Below the pieces are notes generated by a model. It was not told where the DNA came from. It searched no databases and saw nothing but the letters and a program-made list of their open reading frames with translations. A program made the translations under genes and the position numbers. A stretch of DNA of 64,000 nt from positions 640,001-704,000 of the forward strand of contig CAVXLD010000001.1 of NCBI GenBank assembly GCA_963762565.1, in the 5' to 3' direction. This stretch comes from an uncultured Verrucomicrobiae bacterium. GTDB lineage: Bacteria; Verrucomicrobiota; Verrucomicrobiia; Chthoniobacterales; JAFAMB01. Below are positions 18,794 to 28,708 of this stretch, in pieces (within the stretch, counting starts at the first letter, position 1; each line of letters opens with the position of its first letter).

Positions 18794-19090
18794 ATGGAAG
18801 CAAAACAAGAAAATCAAACTCAAACACCGGTTATCAGCACAGGACGGCGCAGAAGAAAAGATCCAGCGGAAAATCTGCTGACCCACCTGACTCACGATAT
18901 CGGAGGATTGCTTAAACTCTTGTGGTTTGCGGTTGGGTCGTTTGTGTCGTTCTTCGGAGCGGTAATGACGACCATGATACCGATGAACTCGAGCGTGCGC
19001 TACCTCTGGCTCGGTTTCTGCCTGGCTACAGCCGCGATCTCACTCGTCTTGATGGTCAAGGCGCTGTCTACACCGGTAGTGGAAGAATAA
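18794..19090 (+). CDS. Small hypothetical membrane protein
   Basis: Charged N-terminus plus two hydrophobic helices. Confidence 0.55.
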   Translation: MEAKQENQTQTPVISTGRRRRKDPAENLLTHLTHDIGGLLKLLWFAVGSFVSFFGAVMTTMIPMNSSVRYLWLGFCLATAAISLVLMVKALSTPVVEE

Positions 19091-19263
19091 ACCTGCTTCC
19101 CCCCAGAACTTCTTTTAGCGATTGGTGAGAAGTGATTGGTGATTCGGCGCCCAGCAATCGCTCGCCTGCGAAAATCCCGACACCCGCTCGGCTTCTAGTT
19201 TAGCCTCGGGCGAACTCAGTCGACTCGCTTGGAGAAGTCCGCGAGGAAGACGATAACTTCCGC

Positions 19264-19737
19264 ATGGAAAAATCGGCAGTTAAAATCCGCGAAGCCGAAG
19301 GCCGAGATGCGCCTGCAATTCATGAGCTGTATCGCCAACTAGTAAGGCCGGTTGCGCCGGAGGTTCAGGTTGATGTGCGCGCCGAACGTATCGAACAGAT
19401 CAAGAGTGATCCTCACAATTCTCTGTGGGTACTGGAGTGCGAAGCCGGCGTGGTTGGCACCGCATTTGTCACGCTTTGTCTGGACCCCATGCACAACCGG
19501 CAGCCTTACGCCGTATTAGAGAATTTTGTGATCGATGAACGATATCGTAACAGCGGGCATGGAGCCCGGCTCATGCGTCACGTCGTGGATTTCTGCCATC
19601 GGGCCGATTGCTCGAAAATCATGCTGCAAAGCCACGGGTCACGTTCACAAGCGCACGCTTTCTTCGAGGCCCAGGGATTCTCTGCGGCCAATAAGAAGGC
19701 ATTCGTGAAGTACCGGGGACATGGAGGTGAGAACTGA
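19264..19737 (+). CDS. GNAT family N-acetyltransferase
   Basis: LENFVIDERYRNSGHG, AHAFFEAQGF. Confidence 0.9.
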   Translation: MEKSAVKIREAEGRDAPAIHELYRQLVRPVAPEVQVDVRAERIEQIKSDPHNSLWVLECEAGVVGTAFVTLCLDPMHNRQPYAVLENFVIDERYRNSGHGARLMRHVVDFCHRADCSKIMLQSHGSRSQAHAFFEAQGFSAANKKAFVKYRGHGGEN

Positions 19738-19965
19738 TCGGTGATTGGTGATTGGTGATTGGTGGGCCGGGAGATCGTGGTCGGTCGGCAACCTTTCGCA
19801 AATGCTGGCGCGCCTTCAGCGCTCGTCGCCTTAATTCGACGTCCTAGGCCTCGCAGACTCAGCCTCCGGCGACCACTCAGCCCGGACGACCATAAGATAC
19901 CCCCTTGAAGGGTCTGCGGCATTATGCCAGTCTCTGCACTTATCTTTTCCTTTACAGAACAACGA

Positions 19966-20733
19966 ATGCGTCGCTGCATCCTTTTCCTTTTCGCTATTCT
20001 CCTTCTGGCTGGTTGCCAGCATCGTCATCGTCACGAAGGACAACAACCACAAGCACACGTGCCGGTAGGGCCGCGCCAGGTCACGATCCAGTTTCTGGGG
20101 CACGCCAGCTTCCTGATTACCTCGTCTCTCGGGATCAATATCCTGACCGATCCGTTCAATCCTTCAGTCTTACCCTATCCGGTTAAAGCCGGAGAAGTTC
20201 CTTCGGATATCACCTTGGTTACCCACGAAGACGAGACGGCAAACTTCACCGACATGGCATCAGGGTCGCCAGTGATTCTGCGAAGCTCGATGGCAAGCGG
20301 CGTTAATCGCGCTAACGGCGTTTTGATTCGAGGGGTCCGCACCAGTTCAGAGAATCCGTCGGCCGCCATTAAGCTGAATGTGGCTTACGTTTGGTCGATG
20401 GACGGGATTCGCCTCTGTGACCTGGGAGCAATCCAAGACGCCATCACGCCAACCGAGGCGATCAGCATTGGGCACGTGGATGTTTTGTTTTTACCAGTGG
20501 GCGGGCCACCAGAGTTTACGGACCAGATGCGCAAAACCACGGTCGACCGCCTGCAGCCGAAGGTCGTTATCCCGATGATGTATTCGACGGCTTTCTCCGG
20601 GAAGGTGCCTCTCCGCGGTTTGGGAGAGTGGTTGTCACGCCAGTCCCTTGTGCAACGAGTTCCTAACAAATTCACGATTGCGCCAAAAGATCTCCCGAAC
20701 GAGACCACCGTTTTTGTGCCGGCCGTACCTTAG
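19966..20733 (+). CDS. Metallo-beta-lactamase-fold lipoprotein with degenerate metal motifs
   Basis: LLAGC lipobox; FLGHASFLI, ILTDPF, DVLFLPVGG, PKVVIPM. Confidence 0.8.
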   Translation: MRRCILFLFAILLLAGCQHRHRHEGQQPQAHVPVGPRQVTIQFLGHASFLITSSLGINILTDPFNPSVLPYPVKAGEVPSDITLVTHEDETANFTDMASGSPVILRSSMASGVNRANGVLIRGVRTSSENPSAAIKLNVAYVWSMDGIRLCDLGAIQDAITPTEAISIGHVDVLFLPVGGPPEFTDQMRKTTVDRLQPKVVIPMMYSTAFSGKVPLRGLGEWLSRQSLVQRVPNKFTIAPKDLPNETTVFVPAVP

Positions 20734-20736
20734 ACA

Positions 20737-21996
20737 ATGAAAGTCTTAGTTGTTGGGGCTGGAGGTCGTGAACACGCTCTCGCGTGGAAGCTCCACCAGT
20801 CCGAGAGTGTGACCGGAGTTTATGTCGCACCTGGAAACCCCGGCACAAAGGAACTCGCGACAGCCGTCCCTATCCCGGCGGATGATATCCCAAGACTCGT
20901 ACAGTTTGCGCGAGATACGGCCATCGATCTGACTGTGGTCGGCCCCGACAACCCACTGGCAAACGGGATCGTAGACCAATTTCAGCTAGCCGGTCTGAAG
21001 ATTTTCGGTCCGGCTAAAGCCGCAGCTCGGCTGGAATCATCGAAGAGCTTTGCCAAGGAATTCATGGCTCGCTATGGCATCGCAAGTCCGGGTTTTGCGG
21101 TTTGTGATTCGGTTAATCAAGCGATTCGGGCAGTGGAGCGTTTCGGCTTTCCTACGGTGATCAAAGCGGACGGACTGGCACTAGGCAAAGGGGTAGTTAT
21201 CGCCCACAACACACGAGAGGCGGAACAGGCCATCCATCGGATCATGGAAGAGCGGCTGTTCGGTGACGCGGGCAACCGGGTCGTGGTCGAGGAATTTCTG
21301 CAGGGAACCGAGTGTTCGATCCATGCGTTGGTGGATGGCCAAAATTATTGCTTGTTCCCCACAGCTCAGGACCATAAAGCGCTTTACGACGGCAACCATG
21401 GACCCAACACCGGCGGGATGGGAGCGTTTAGCCCTTCACAAAAGCTCTCGGCTAGCGACCTGACCCTCATTGAACGGGAAATACTTGAACCCTTCTTGCG
21501 CGGCATCCAGGCCGAGGGAATCCCTTACCAAGGTTTGCTATTCCCCGGGTTGATGCTGACGAAGCGAGGGCCGGCGGTACTGGAGTTTAATGCCCGATTC
21601 GGCGATCCAGAGACTCAGGCTCTTCTTCCAAGGCTCTCCAGCGACTTGGTCGAACTCTTGGAGGCTACAATCTCCGGCCGGTTGCGTGAGGTCACTCCAC
21701 GCTGGAGCCCGGCAGCCTCCGTCTGCGTAGTCTTGGCGTCCCGGGGTTACCCGGACCGGGCCGAGACCGGCAAGCCGATTGTAGGGTTGCCTGAAGTCTC
21801 TGCTTTGAAGGATGTGTTGGTCTTTCATGCCGGAACCCGAGTGCAAGAAGGTCGGATTGTTACTTCGGGCGGACGGGTACTGGGGATCACCGGGTTGGGA
21901 GATTCGGTTCTGAGCGCTCGCCGTAAGGCCTACGATGCCGTTGGCATGATTGAATTCGACGGATGCTATTTCCGGCGGGACATTGGGGAAAGGTGA
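20737..21996 (+). CDS. purD: Phosphoribosylamine--glycine ligase
   Basis: MKVLVVGAGGREHALAW, KADGLALGKGV, GPNTGGMG, EFNARFGDPETQ. Confidence 0.98.
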   Translation: MKVLVVGAGGREHALAWKLHQSESVTGVYVAPGNPGTKELATAVPIPADDIPRLVQFARDTAIDLTVVGPDNPLANGIVDQFQLAGLKIFGPAKAAARLESSKSFAKEFMARYGIASPGFAVCDSVNQAIRAVERFGFPTVIKADGLALGKGVVIAHNTREAEQAIHRIMEERLFGDAGNRVVVEEFLQGTECSIHALVDGQNYCLFPTAQDHKALYDGNHGPNTGGMGAFSPSQKLSASDLTLIEREILEPFLRGIQAEGIPYQGLLFPGLMLTKRGPAVLEFNARFGDPETQALLPRLSSDLVELLEATISGRLREVTPRWSPAASVCVVLASRGYPDRAETGKPIVGLPEVSALKDVLVFHAGTRVQEGRIVTSGGRVLGITGLGDSVLSARRKAYDAVGMIEFDGCYFRRDIGER

Positions 21997-22093
21997 GGCC
22001 AAATCGTGGGCGGCGGGAGGCTCAGCCACGAAAAACAGGTCCCCGTTGGACTAAGAGCAAAATGCGGTTATTGCTTCCTACAATCCAAAAGAG

Positions 22094-23170
22094 ATGAAGT
22101 ACGCGTCCGTCGTTTCTGTATTGCTAGCAGGATTATGCTCCACAGCCCTGGCAGTTGAAAATCCCTCACCCAAGCCGACCGCCTCTCCGGCAAGCTCCGC
22201 TCAACCCGGTTCGTCCCACTTGATCGATCAGCTGGATCTTAACCAGCTAAAAGAGGTCCTCGACAACTTGCGCGAGAATTACGTCGATTCGCGAGCGCTA
22301 ACGAATGACGAACTAAATCAGGCGGCCATCAAAGGATTACTGGCAAAGTTGGGCCCGGGCGTTCGTTTGCAGACCCGCTCCGAGTTCGAACGAGCCATCC
22401 CCGTGCGCCCGTTTCGCTACGAGGTCGTGTCAAATCGGTTCAGCTATATACGGCTGGGAACGTTGAAGGATAACACTTTGACCCAACTGGATAACGCACT
22501 CGGTGAATCACGGTCTAGGAACGTGGAAGGTTTGGTTGTCGATCTACGGACGGTTTCTGAAGATTCCGACTACGATTTGGCCAACAGCATCATCAGCCGA
22601 TTTGTTGGCAATGGTGAACCAACCTTCGAGCTCACAACAAAGGGAACGGCCGAACCAAAAAAGTATGCGAGCAAATCAACGCCTCTTTACCAGGGACCGA
22701 TCGCGGTACTAGTTGACCGGCAAACTGCCGGCGCAGCCGAGGTCATCGCTGGCGTCCTAAAAACGAAGGACCGGGCCTTGCTGATCGGCCAGACTACGGC
22801 AGGTCGGGCTGTAAAATACAAGACCGAGCCCTTAGGCAATCTGCTGGTTTCAGTAGCGGAAAGCGAAGTTCAGATTGCGGGTCTGCCATTGATTTTTCCA
22901 GGGGGACTGGCCCCGGATATTATGGTGAATGTGGCCCAAGACGCAGAAAATCAAGTCCTGGCCGACAGCGATTCCGGGCCTCTTGATCCATTCATCACGG
23001 ATGAAGAACGGCCGGGTTTAAATGAAGCGGCTTTGGTCAACGGCACCAATCCGGAACTCGATGCCTACGAAGAACAGGAATCCGGCAAGACCCCCAAGCC
23101 CCAGTTGAAGGACGAGTGCCTGCAACACGCGATCGATTTTTTGATTACGCTGAGTCTGTATAAGAAGTGA
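22094..23170 (+). CDS. S41 (tail-specific protease) fold exported protein, catalytic residues substituted
   Basis: Signal peptide, YIRL, VVDLR, AVLVDRQTAGAAEVIAG, GQTTAGR, GLAPDI. Confidence 0.8.
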   Translation: MKYASVVSVLLAGLCSTALAVENPSPKPTASPASSAQPGSSHLIDQLDLNQLKEVLDNLRENYVDSRALTNDELNQAAIKGLLAKLGPGVRLQTRSEFERAIPVRPFRYEVVSNRFSYIRLGTLKDNTLTQLDNALGESRSRNVEGLVVDLRTVSEDSDYDLANSIISRFVGNGEPTFELTTKGTAEPKKYASKSTPLYQGPIAVLVDRQTAGAAEVIAGVLKTKDRALLIGQTTAGRAVKYKTEPLGNLLVSVAESEVQIAGLPLIFPGGLAPDIMVNVAQDAENQVLADSDSGPLDPFITDEERPGLNEAALVNGTNPELDAYEEQESGKTPKPQLKDECLQHAIDFLITLSLYKK

Positions 23171-23590
23171 GAAGTGATTGGTGAGAAGTGATTGGTGAGA
23201 AGTGATTGGGTGGAAGGTCGTGGAGCATGGTAAGGGGATGGGCCATTGCAACACCTAACGCCCGGCCACGACCCATTTCGGAGGGGAGCCGCATTAGAAA
23301 CGCCGCGGCCTAGGATCGAGATAGGCCCATTGCGAGCCAGACGACAACACATGTGCATCCGCGGCTCCCTGCGCGCGTGAAACGGTCCAGATTGTTTCGA
23401 CCCCAGCGTGTTGAGCAGGCGTTGGGTCCCCGGGGCGTCTCGTCTATCCCAACGCTGCAGCTGCAACGATTTACAGGCGTCGACCACCGTCCAGTCCGCC
23501 TCCGCCAGGCCTACGGCGCGACAAGGCTGCAACCCGGAATGCAACGCCCCTCCGTTCCAGGACGTGGTCGCCAATCCGACCAGTTACAAT

Positions 23591-24541
23591 CTAAACCTGC
23601 ACCCGCAGTAATATCTTATCGCAGCCGGGCACCGCGGCGATCAGGAGCGAGAGTAGCATTAGCCAATAGACTCGGCCTCGAGAGACCTTTATCTTTCGTT
23701 CGGGCGAAGGGATGTTTTTCATTTTGCCCAACGTTTCTATGCCGATCAGGACGGGCAACGCGCATGCGAACCGCACCCTGATTGGGCGGATCGCTCGCAC
23801 GTATTGGGCGCCGGATTCAAGGTAACGCTGAGCGACGGAGCGCCATTCTTGAAAGATTGGTCCGACCAGGTTGGGATCTTCGGACAGGGCACCTTTAACT
23901 GGGAGATAGGAACGTCCGAGCCGCAGGTCCTGCGGGTAATCGCGCAGGATATTAACAAGCTGCAGCCCTTTGCCATACTGCGTCCCGAGGAGGATGATTT
24001 TTTCCGCGGACGTCCGCGAATATCGGGTCCAGGCGCGTAAACAAAGCTTGGTCCAAAACTCGCCGACTGAGCCGGCCACAAGGTAAATGTACTCCTCAAG
24101 CTCTTCCGGCGACCGCAGCGCGCGCAATGACGACGCAAGCTCGAAGCGCTCGATATCCAGGATCTGTCCGCGCATGATACTTCTGAGGACTTCGAGGAGC
24201 AGGCCTTGATCAATTTCTGGCAGCCGGCTAGCACAAGCCAAGATCTTGTCGAGTCGCTCGAGCAATATCCGTTCAGCACCATCCCGTTGCTGCTGAGCGC
24301 ATTCTTTCAGCCCGCGCTGCAAACTCCCGTCCATGGTGAAAAGTTGTGCTCGTAACTGGTTGAGGATTTGTAAGCGATCACCGGCCGCAAGCGAGTTGGC
24401 ATCAGCAATGGTGTCACTGGCTCTGGCCAACAAATATCCCAAAGCAATGGCCGGCCGGATGCGGCTCGGGAGAAAACGAACACTGAGGTAGAACGAACGT
24501 GAAACGCCCTTAAGTATTTGCCAGAGTTCGGGATCGATCAT
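23591..24541 (-). CDS. Squalene/phytoene synthase family protein
   Basis: VSRSF, LLARASDTIAD, YLVAGSVGEFW, GLQLVNILRD. Confidence 0.9.
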   Translation of the reverse strand: MIDPELWQILKGVSRSFYLSVRFLPSRIRPAIALGYLLARASDTIADANSLAAGDRLQILNQLRAQLFTMDGSLQRGLKECAQQQRDGAERILLERLDKILACASRLPEIDQGLLLEVLRSIMRGQILDIERFELASSLRALRSPEELEEYIYLVAGSVGEFWTKLCLRAWTRYSRTSAEKIILLGTQYGKGLQLVNILRDYPQDLRLGRSYLPVKGALSEDPNLVGPIFQEWRSVAQRYLESGAQYVRAIRPIRVRFACALPVLIGIETLGKMKNIPSPERKIKVSRGRVYWLMLLSLLIAAVPGCDKILLRVQV

Positions 24542-24885
24542 TTTTCACAGCAAGGCCGCAGCCGAATCAAAAAACAACCGCGAATGGACACGAATTGACG
24601 CGAACAGCCGGAAAGAAAAAACCGAACCGCAGATGGACGCAGATTTACGCAGATAATTCGGCTTCGATTACGGTTCATTCAAAGGCTGCCAACGTTAGGT
24701 TTCAGGATGGCGCTCATTACTTTTGCCGCCCAAGCAGTTGAGCGCTCACACAGTCTAACGCCCAAAACTCGCAAACTCCTCTGAACCGAACGAAGCACCA
24801 GCACCGTCTCTGCGTAAATCTGCGTCCATCTGCGGTTGGTTGTTTTGAGGCTTTTATTCGGTCAATTCGCGTCCATTCGCGGTTG
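24541..24885. repeat. Nested gene-less nonamer inverted ends (CGAATGGAC type outside, GCAGATGGAC/GCAGATTTAC type inside)
   Basis: 24625-24653 is the exact reverse complement of 24809-24837; 24575-24604 is inverted to 24857-24885. Confidence 0.85.
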
Positions 24886-24891
24886 GAATCC

Positions 24892-25992
24892 TCACCTCAC
24901 GTCTCGAATTTCGATGCGCCCGAGCTCTGCATTGCCCAATTGCATGGAGCCAGCCGTCTCAACGTACTTCGCCGTTTTTGAGACCGGATCCATTTTGGCG
25001 TCGACTCGCCATTTATCGAGTTGTTTACACGCCACCTCGTCAATGGCGACCGGATCCTTGCTGGCGTAAATGGTTCCGAAGTGGATAGCATAGTTAGCGT
25101 CACCGAAGGGCGCACCGGCATAGAGCGCCACTAAACCGTCCATGATAGTGATCACTACCTTCTGACTGATCCTCGGGTCGGCGTACATTTCCGGGATCGA
25201 TGGATCTCCTGAGTCTGGCGGCTCGACCAGACGGCGCCAATTGTCGACGTTCTGCACGGTCATGTTGAAGAGCGCCCCCGAGAGACCGCAATAGATATTG
25301 TCGGCCAGGACCGGGACATTGACGACTTTGGTCACTACTTTCGTCAGCACTTTGCTCACATGACTTTCGTTACTGATGTTGATCGGCACCCCCTTTTTAC
25401 GATCGCTCTCAAGTTTGAGTTCGTCTTTAAGATCGGGAAGATTCTTTCCCACAAAAAACAAATCACCATAGATCAATTGCCCGGCCAACGGAGAACTGAT
25501 GGCAACCTGAGGATCGTAATTCCATTCCGACCAAAGGACGCGATAATCACCCACGCGTGAATGGAAGCCGGCCGTCTTGAGGAATCCTTCCTCTCGATCC
25601 CAAACCACGATATTATCGGCCGGCACTCCGGCTTCTCGAAGACCGTTGGCGATTGCCTGAACTACTGCCGGCCGGGTACTGAAAAGCGGCGCTCCATTGG
25701 TACAAACCTTGATGCCGACGATATCGCTTGGCTTTACCAGAGAGGACCAGGCGCCAGCCACACTGCCTTCGCCGGTCACGGACATGATCACGTCGTTCAC
25801 CATTCTGGCGACAACAGAGTTATTGGTCTTATAATCGAAGATCGCGTCCGAATTTTCGGTCCGAACGACGATGGAACGGGCCGGCAGCGGTGTCGGGTTC
25901 GGCACAGGCGCCGCTGGCGCCGGTTTCTCCGCGCCCCAACACAACGTTGTCGCAAAAACGACGGTTAAGGATACCTTGACGAGCACGGACAA
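24892..25992 (-). CDS. DUF362-like exported protein
   Basis: Signal peptide, DIVGIKV, IVVWDR, VVNVPVL, ASKDPVAID. Confidence 0.75.
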   Translation of the reverse strand: MSVLVKVSLTVVFATTLCWGAEKPAPAAPVPNPTPLPARSIVVRTENSDAIFDYKTNNSVVARMVNDVIMSVTGEGSVAGAWSSLVKPSDIVGIKVCTNGAPLFSTRPAVVQAIANGLREAGVPADNIVVWDREEGFLKTAGFHSRVGDYRVLWSEWNYDPQVAISSPLAGQLIYGDLFFVGKNLPDLKDELKLESDRKKGVPINISNESHVSKVLTKVVTKVVNVPVLADNIYCGLSGALFNMTVQNVDNWRRLVEPPDSGDPSIPEMYADPRISQKVVITIMDGLVALYAGAPFGDANYAIHFGTIYASKDPVAIDEVACKQLDKWRVDAKMDPVSKTAKYVETAGSMQLGNAELGRIEIRDVR

Positions 25993-26128
25993 GTTATAGG
26001 TTATACGTTTTATGTTTTACGTTTTAAGTTTTAGGTTTGTACCTCGCAGCCACGATGTTTGGCACGGGCTTTCGCCAGCCTTGGACCTATAACGTAAAAC
26101 CTAAAACGTAAAACTTATAACTTAAAAC
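25993..26128. repeat. Inverted heptamer arrays (GTTTTAN)n ... (NTAAAAC)n
   Basis: About 6 units on each side of a roughly 50-bp core. Confidence 0.8.
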
Positions 26129-26130
26129 CA

Positions 26131-27228
26131 GTGCCAGTAAGACATCTTTACGTTCACATTCCGTTTTGTCCGAAGGTATGCCCGTATTGCAGTTTCTATA
26201 AGGAGGCCTCGGACCGAAACAAAACTCAAGCGTTCCTCGATGCAGTCTTACTGGAGTTGGATAGATTCGGACCCGACCGGGTTCAACCGGAGACCATTTT
26301 TTTCGGGGGCGGAACGCCATCAGCATTGTCGCCCCGGCAACTTAGTTATTTGATCGGCGGTCTGCGGGACCGTCTTGATCTGAGCATTTTACGCGAATGG
26401 ACGCTCGAAATGAATCCAGCCACCGTCTCGGAGGAGAAAGGAGAACTCCTGTTATCTCTTGGTGTTAATCGGATCAGCATGGGAGTACAGGCCTGGCAAA
26501 GCGATTTATTGGACCGGCTTGGGCGCGTCCATTCGGCAGCTCAAGCGCTCCGGTCGTACCAGATTCTGCGCCGGGCCGGCTTCAAAAGAATCAATCTAGA
26601 CCTGATTTTCGGTATCCCAGGACAAACGCCCGCTCAGTGGGAGGAAACGCTTCTACGGACGATCAATCTTAGCCCGGAGCATATCTCGGCCTATTGCTTA
26701 ACCTACGAAGAAGACACTGAGTTCTTCCGGCAGCTCGCTATTGGTCACCTTTCTCAGAACGAACTCCAAGATGCGGAACTGTTCGAAATGACGATGGATA
26801 CCCTGGCCCGCTACGGCTATTGGCAATACGAGATCTCGAATTACGCTTTGCCGGGCGAGGAATGCTTGCACAATCTGGCGTATTGGAGTGGCAAGGAGTA
26901 TCTCGGACTCGGCCCCTCGGCGTTCTCTACTGTTTCCGGACGTCGCTGGCAGAATATTCCAAACACCAGCAGTTATGTTGATCAAATCGAGCGGGCCGGG
27001 AATGCCCACGCATTTTCTGAGTCATTAAGTTCGGAGACACAGCTTGCGGAGAAGATCGTGTTCGGCCTGAGAATGAATCGTGGAATCGCTGAGGAACTGG
27101 TGATGCCTTGGTCAGGCAATATTCAGGACCTTGAGAGCGCCGGATATCTGGAACGCCAGGCAGGCACTATCAGCCTGAGCCGTTCCGGCCGGATGGTGGC
27201 CGATGCGATCGGCGAACTGTTTGTATGA
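26131..27228 (+). CDS. hemW: Radical SAM heme chaperone HemW
   Basis: YVHIPFC-x3-C-x2-C, GGGTPS, YEISN, HNLAYW. Confidence 0.93.
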   Translation: MPVRHLYVHIPFCPKVCPYCSFYKEASDRNKTQAFLDAVLLELDRFGPDRVQPETIFFGGGTPSALSPRQLSYLIGGLRDRLDLSILREWTLEMNPATVSEEKGELLLSLGVNRISMGVQAWQSDLLDRLGRVHSAAQALRSYQILRRAGFKRINLDLIFGIPGQTPAQWEETLLRTINLSPEHISAYCLTYEEDTEFFRQLAIGHLSQNELQDAELFEMTMDTLARYGYWQYEISNYALPGEECLHNLAYWSGKEYLGLGPSAFSTVSGRRWQNIPNTSSYVDQIERAGNAHAFSESLSSETQLAEKIVFGLRMNRGIAEELVMPWSGNIQDLESAGYLERQAGTISLSRSGRMVADAIGELFV

Positions 27229-28277
27229 AGGATTGGGATGTTACGGTGATAGGTGGTGGACCAGCCGGCTCTACCGTCGCCGCCTTAACCGCCAAAGCCG
27301 GCCTCAAAACTTTGTTGATCGATCGGGCTGTGTTTCCAAGGGAAAAGGTCTGCGGAGACTGTCTTAATCCGGGTTGCTGGGAGGTATTTGATCGGCTTGG
27401 CGTCGCCACAGAGATCGCAGGACTGCCTTCCGCACGCCTGGAATGGGTAGCCTTCACCAATCTTCGCGGCCGCCGGGTCGAACATCGGTTCCCGAACGCC
27501 GGTCCGCCAGAGACGGGTATCCGGCGAAGCGTGCTTGATCATGCGCTTCTTAAGAACGCCGAGAAAGCAGGTGCAGAAATTTGGCAGGGCGAACCCGTCA
27601 CCGGCGTCGAACGACGATGGCTAGTCAAGACCGGTCGCCGGCAGATCAGGACAAAATTTTTGGTGGCCGCTGACGGGAGAAATTCGTCCGTAGCCCGATT
27701 TCTGGGCGTTTTTCCTAAGACTCGAACCGACCGGGTTGCGCACCAGACTTATTTTTCGGCTGATCGGCCCATGCATATCGCTTTGGAGCTCAATTCTCTC
27801 GGCTATATGGGTATAGGCACGGTCGGACGAGGCGCTGTTAATCTGTGCATTGTGGCGAGGCCGAAGCGGATCGAGGAACTCCGCTTACGGATATCGCGGC
27901 GCTTCGGGTTAGCGCCCGACCACCGTTGGAACACAGTCGCACCCCTTTCCCGCCGGCCGGTCGAGACCGATGACCCCACTCTCTTTTACGTCGGGGATGC
28001 TGCTCGTGTGGTCGAACCGTTCACGGGCGAAGGGATTTTTTATGCACTGAAGTCGGGATTGCTGGCGGCCGAATCGATCGTCGAATCTAATAGGAAGGGT
28101 CCCCAATTCCAGCATTGTTACGCCGAGCGCCATAGGCAGCTGTACACGGGACGGTTATGGATTAACCAATTGGCGCGTCTATCGGTCTTGCATCCGGGTA
28201 TCAGTAGCACCTGTCTGGAATTATTGCGGTTTTGGCCTTGGCCGCTGGATCACCTCACGCGACGAGTGGTGGGGTGA
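27225..28277 (+). CDS. FAD-dependent oxidoreductase, geranylgeranyl-reductase-like
   Basis: GGGPAG, FPREKVCG, AADG, GDAA...PFTGEGI. Confidence 0.88.
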   Translation: MKDWDVTVIGGGPAGSTVAALTAKAGLKTLLIDRAVFPREKVCGDCLNPGCWEVFDRLGVATEIAGLPSARLEWVAFTNLRGRRVEHRFPNAGPPETGIRRSVLDHALLKNAEKAGAEIWQGEPVTGVERRWLVKTGRRQIRTKFLVAADGRNSSVARFLGVFPKTRTDRVAHQTYFSADRPMHIALELNSLGYMGIGTVGRGAVNLCIVARPKRIEELRLRISRRFGLAPDHRWNTVAPLSRRPVETDDPTLFYVGDAARVVEPFTGEGIFYALKSGLLAAESIVESNRKGPQFQHCYAERHRQLYTGRLWINQLARLSVLHPGISSTCLELLRFWPWPLDHLTRRVVG

Positions 28278-28702
28278 TTGGTGATTGGTGATTGGTGATT
28301 GGTGGTGGTTGTTGAAAGGTGATTGGCGCGGCGACTTCTCTAGTTTGGTGGGGCGAGGCTCCGGAAAGACCTGCGGCGATTCGCGAAGGTATCGGTCTTT
28401 CGGCGTTCTATAGTGTGCGATCCCTTGGCGCGCGCCGAGCCGGACCCAAGGCGTGCCATTCAAATGCGCGGTTCGGTATGTCCAACCGACCCGAGCTTCT
28501 CGAGGACGAGGACGAGAACAAAATGTCTTGGGACATGGTTCGCGCTGGGCCCGGCTCGGCGCGCGATATGGTGCAGCAGACGAAGGAACAGCGGAAACTT
28601 ACGATGCTTCGCGAAATCGACCCGCTCTTTCGGGAGCCTCGCCCCACCAAAAGAAAAAGGGCTGTCGCCCTACCAATCACGAATCACCAATCACCAATCA
28701 CC
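28273..28702. repeat. Composite element: (GTGATTG)n / (CCAATCA)n arrays enclosing a GTGGGGCGAGGCTCC...GGAGCCTCGCCCCAC REP-like pair with internal GACGAG hexamers
   Basis: 28344-28362 inverted to 28633-28651; GTGATTG arrays also near 19120, 19740, 23168 and 40742. Confidence 0.8.
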
Positions 28703-28708
28703 TTTCTC

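Noticed and set aside
23215..23590. Possible tRNA or ncRNA in this long intergenic gap
   Set aside because: No cloverleaf or recognisable RNA family; partly explained by REP-like fragments. A covariance-model search would be needed to exclude it fully
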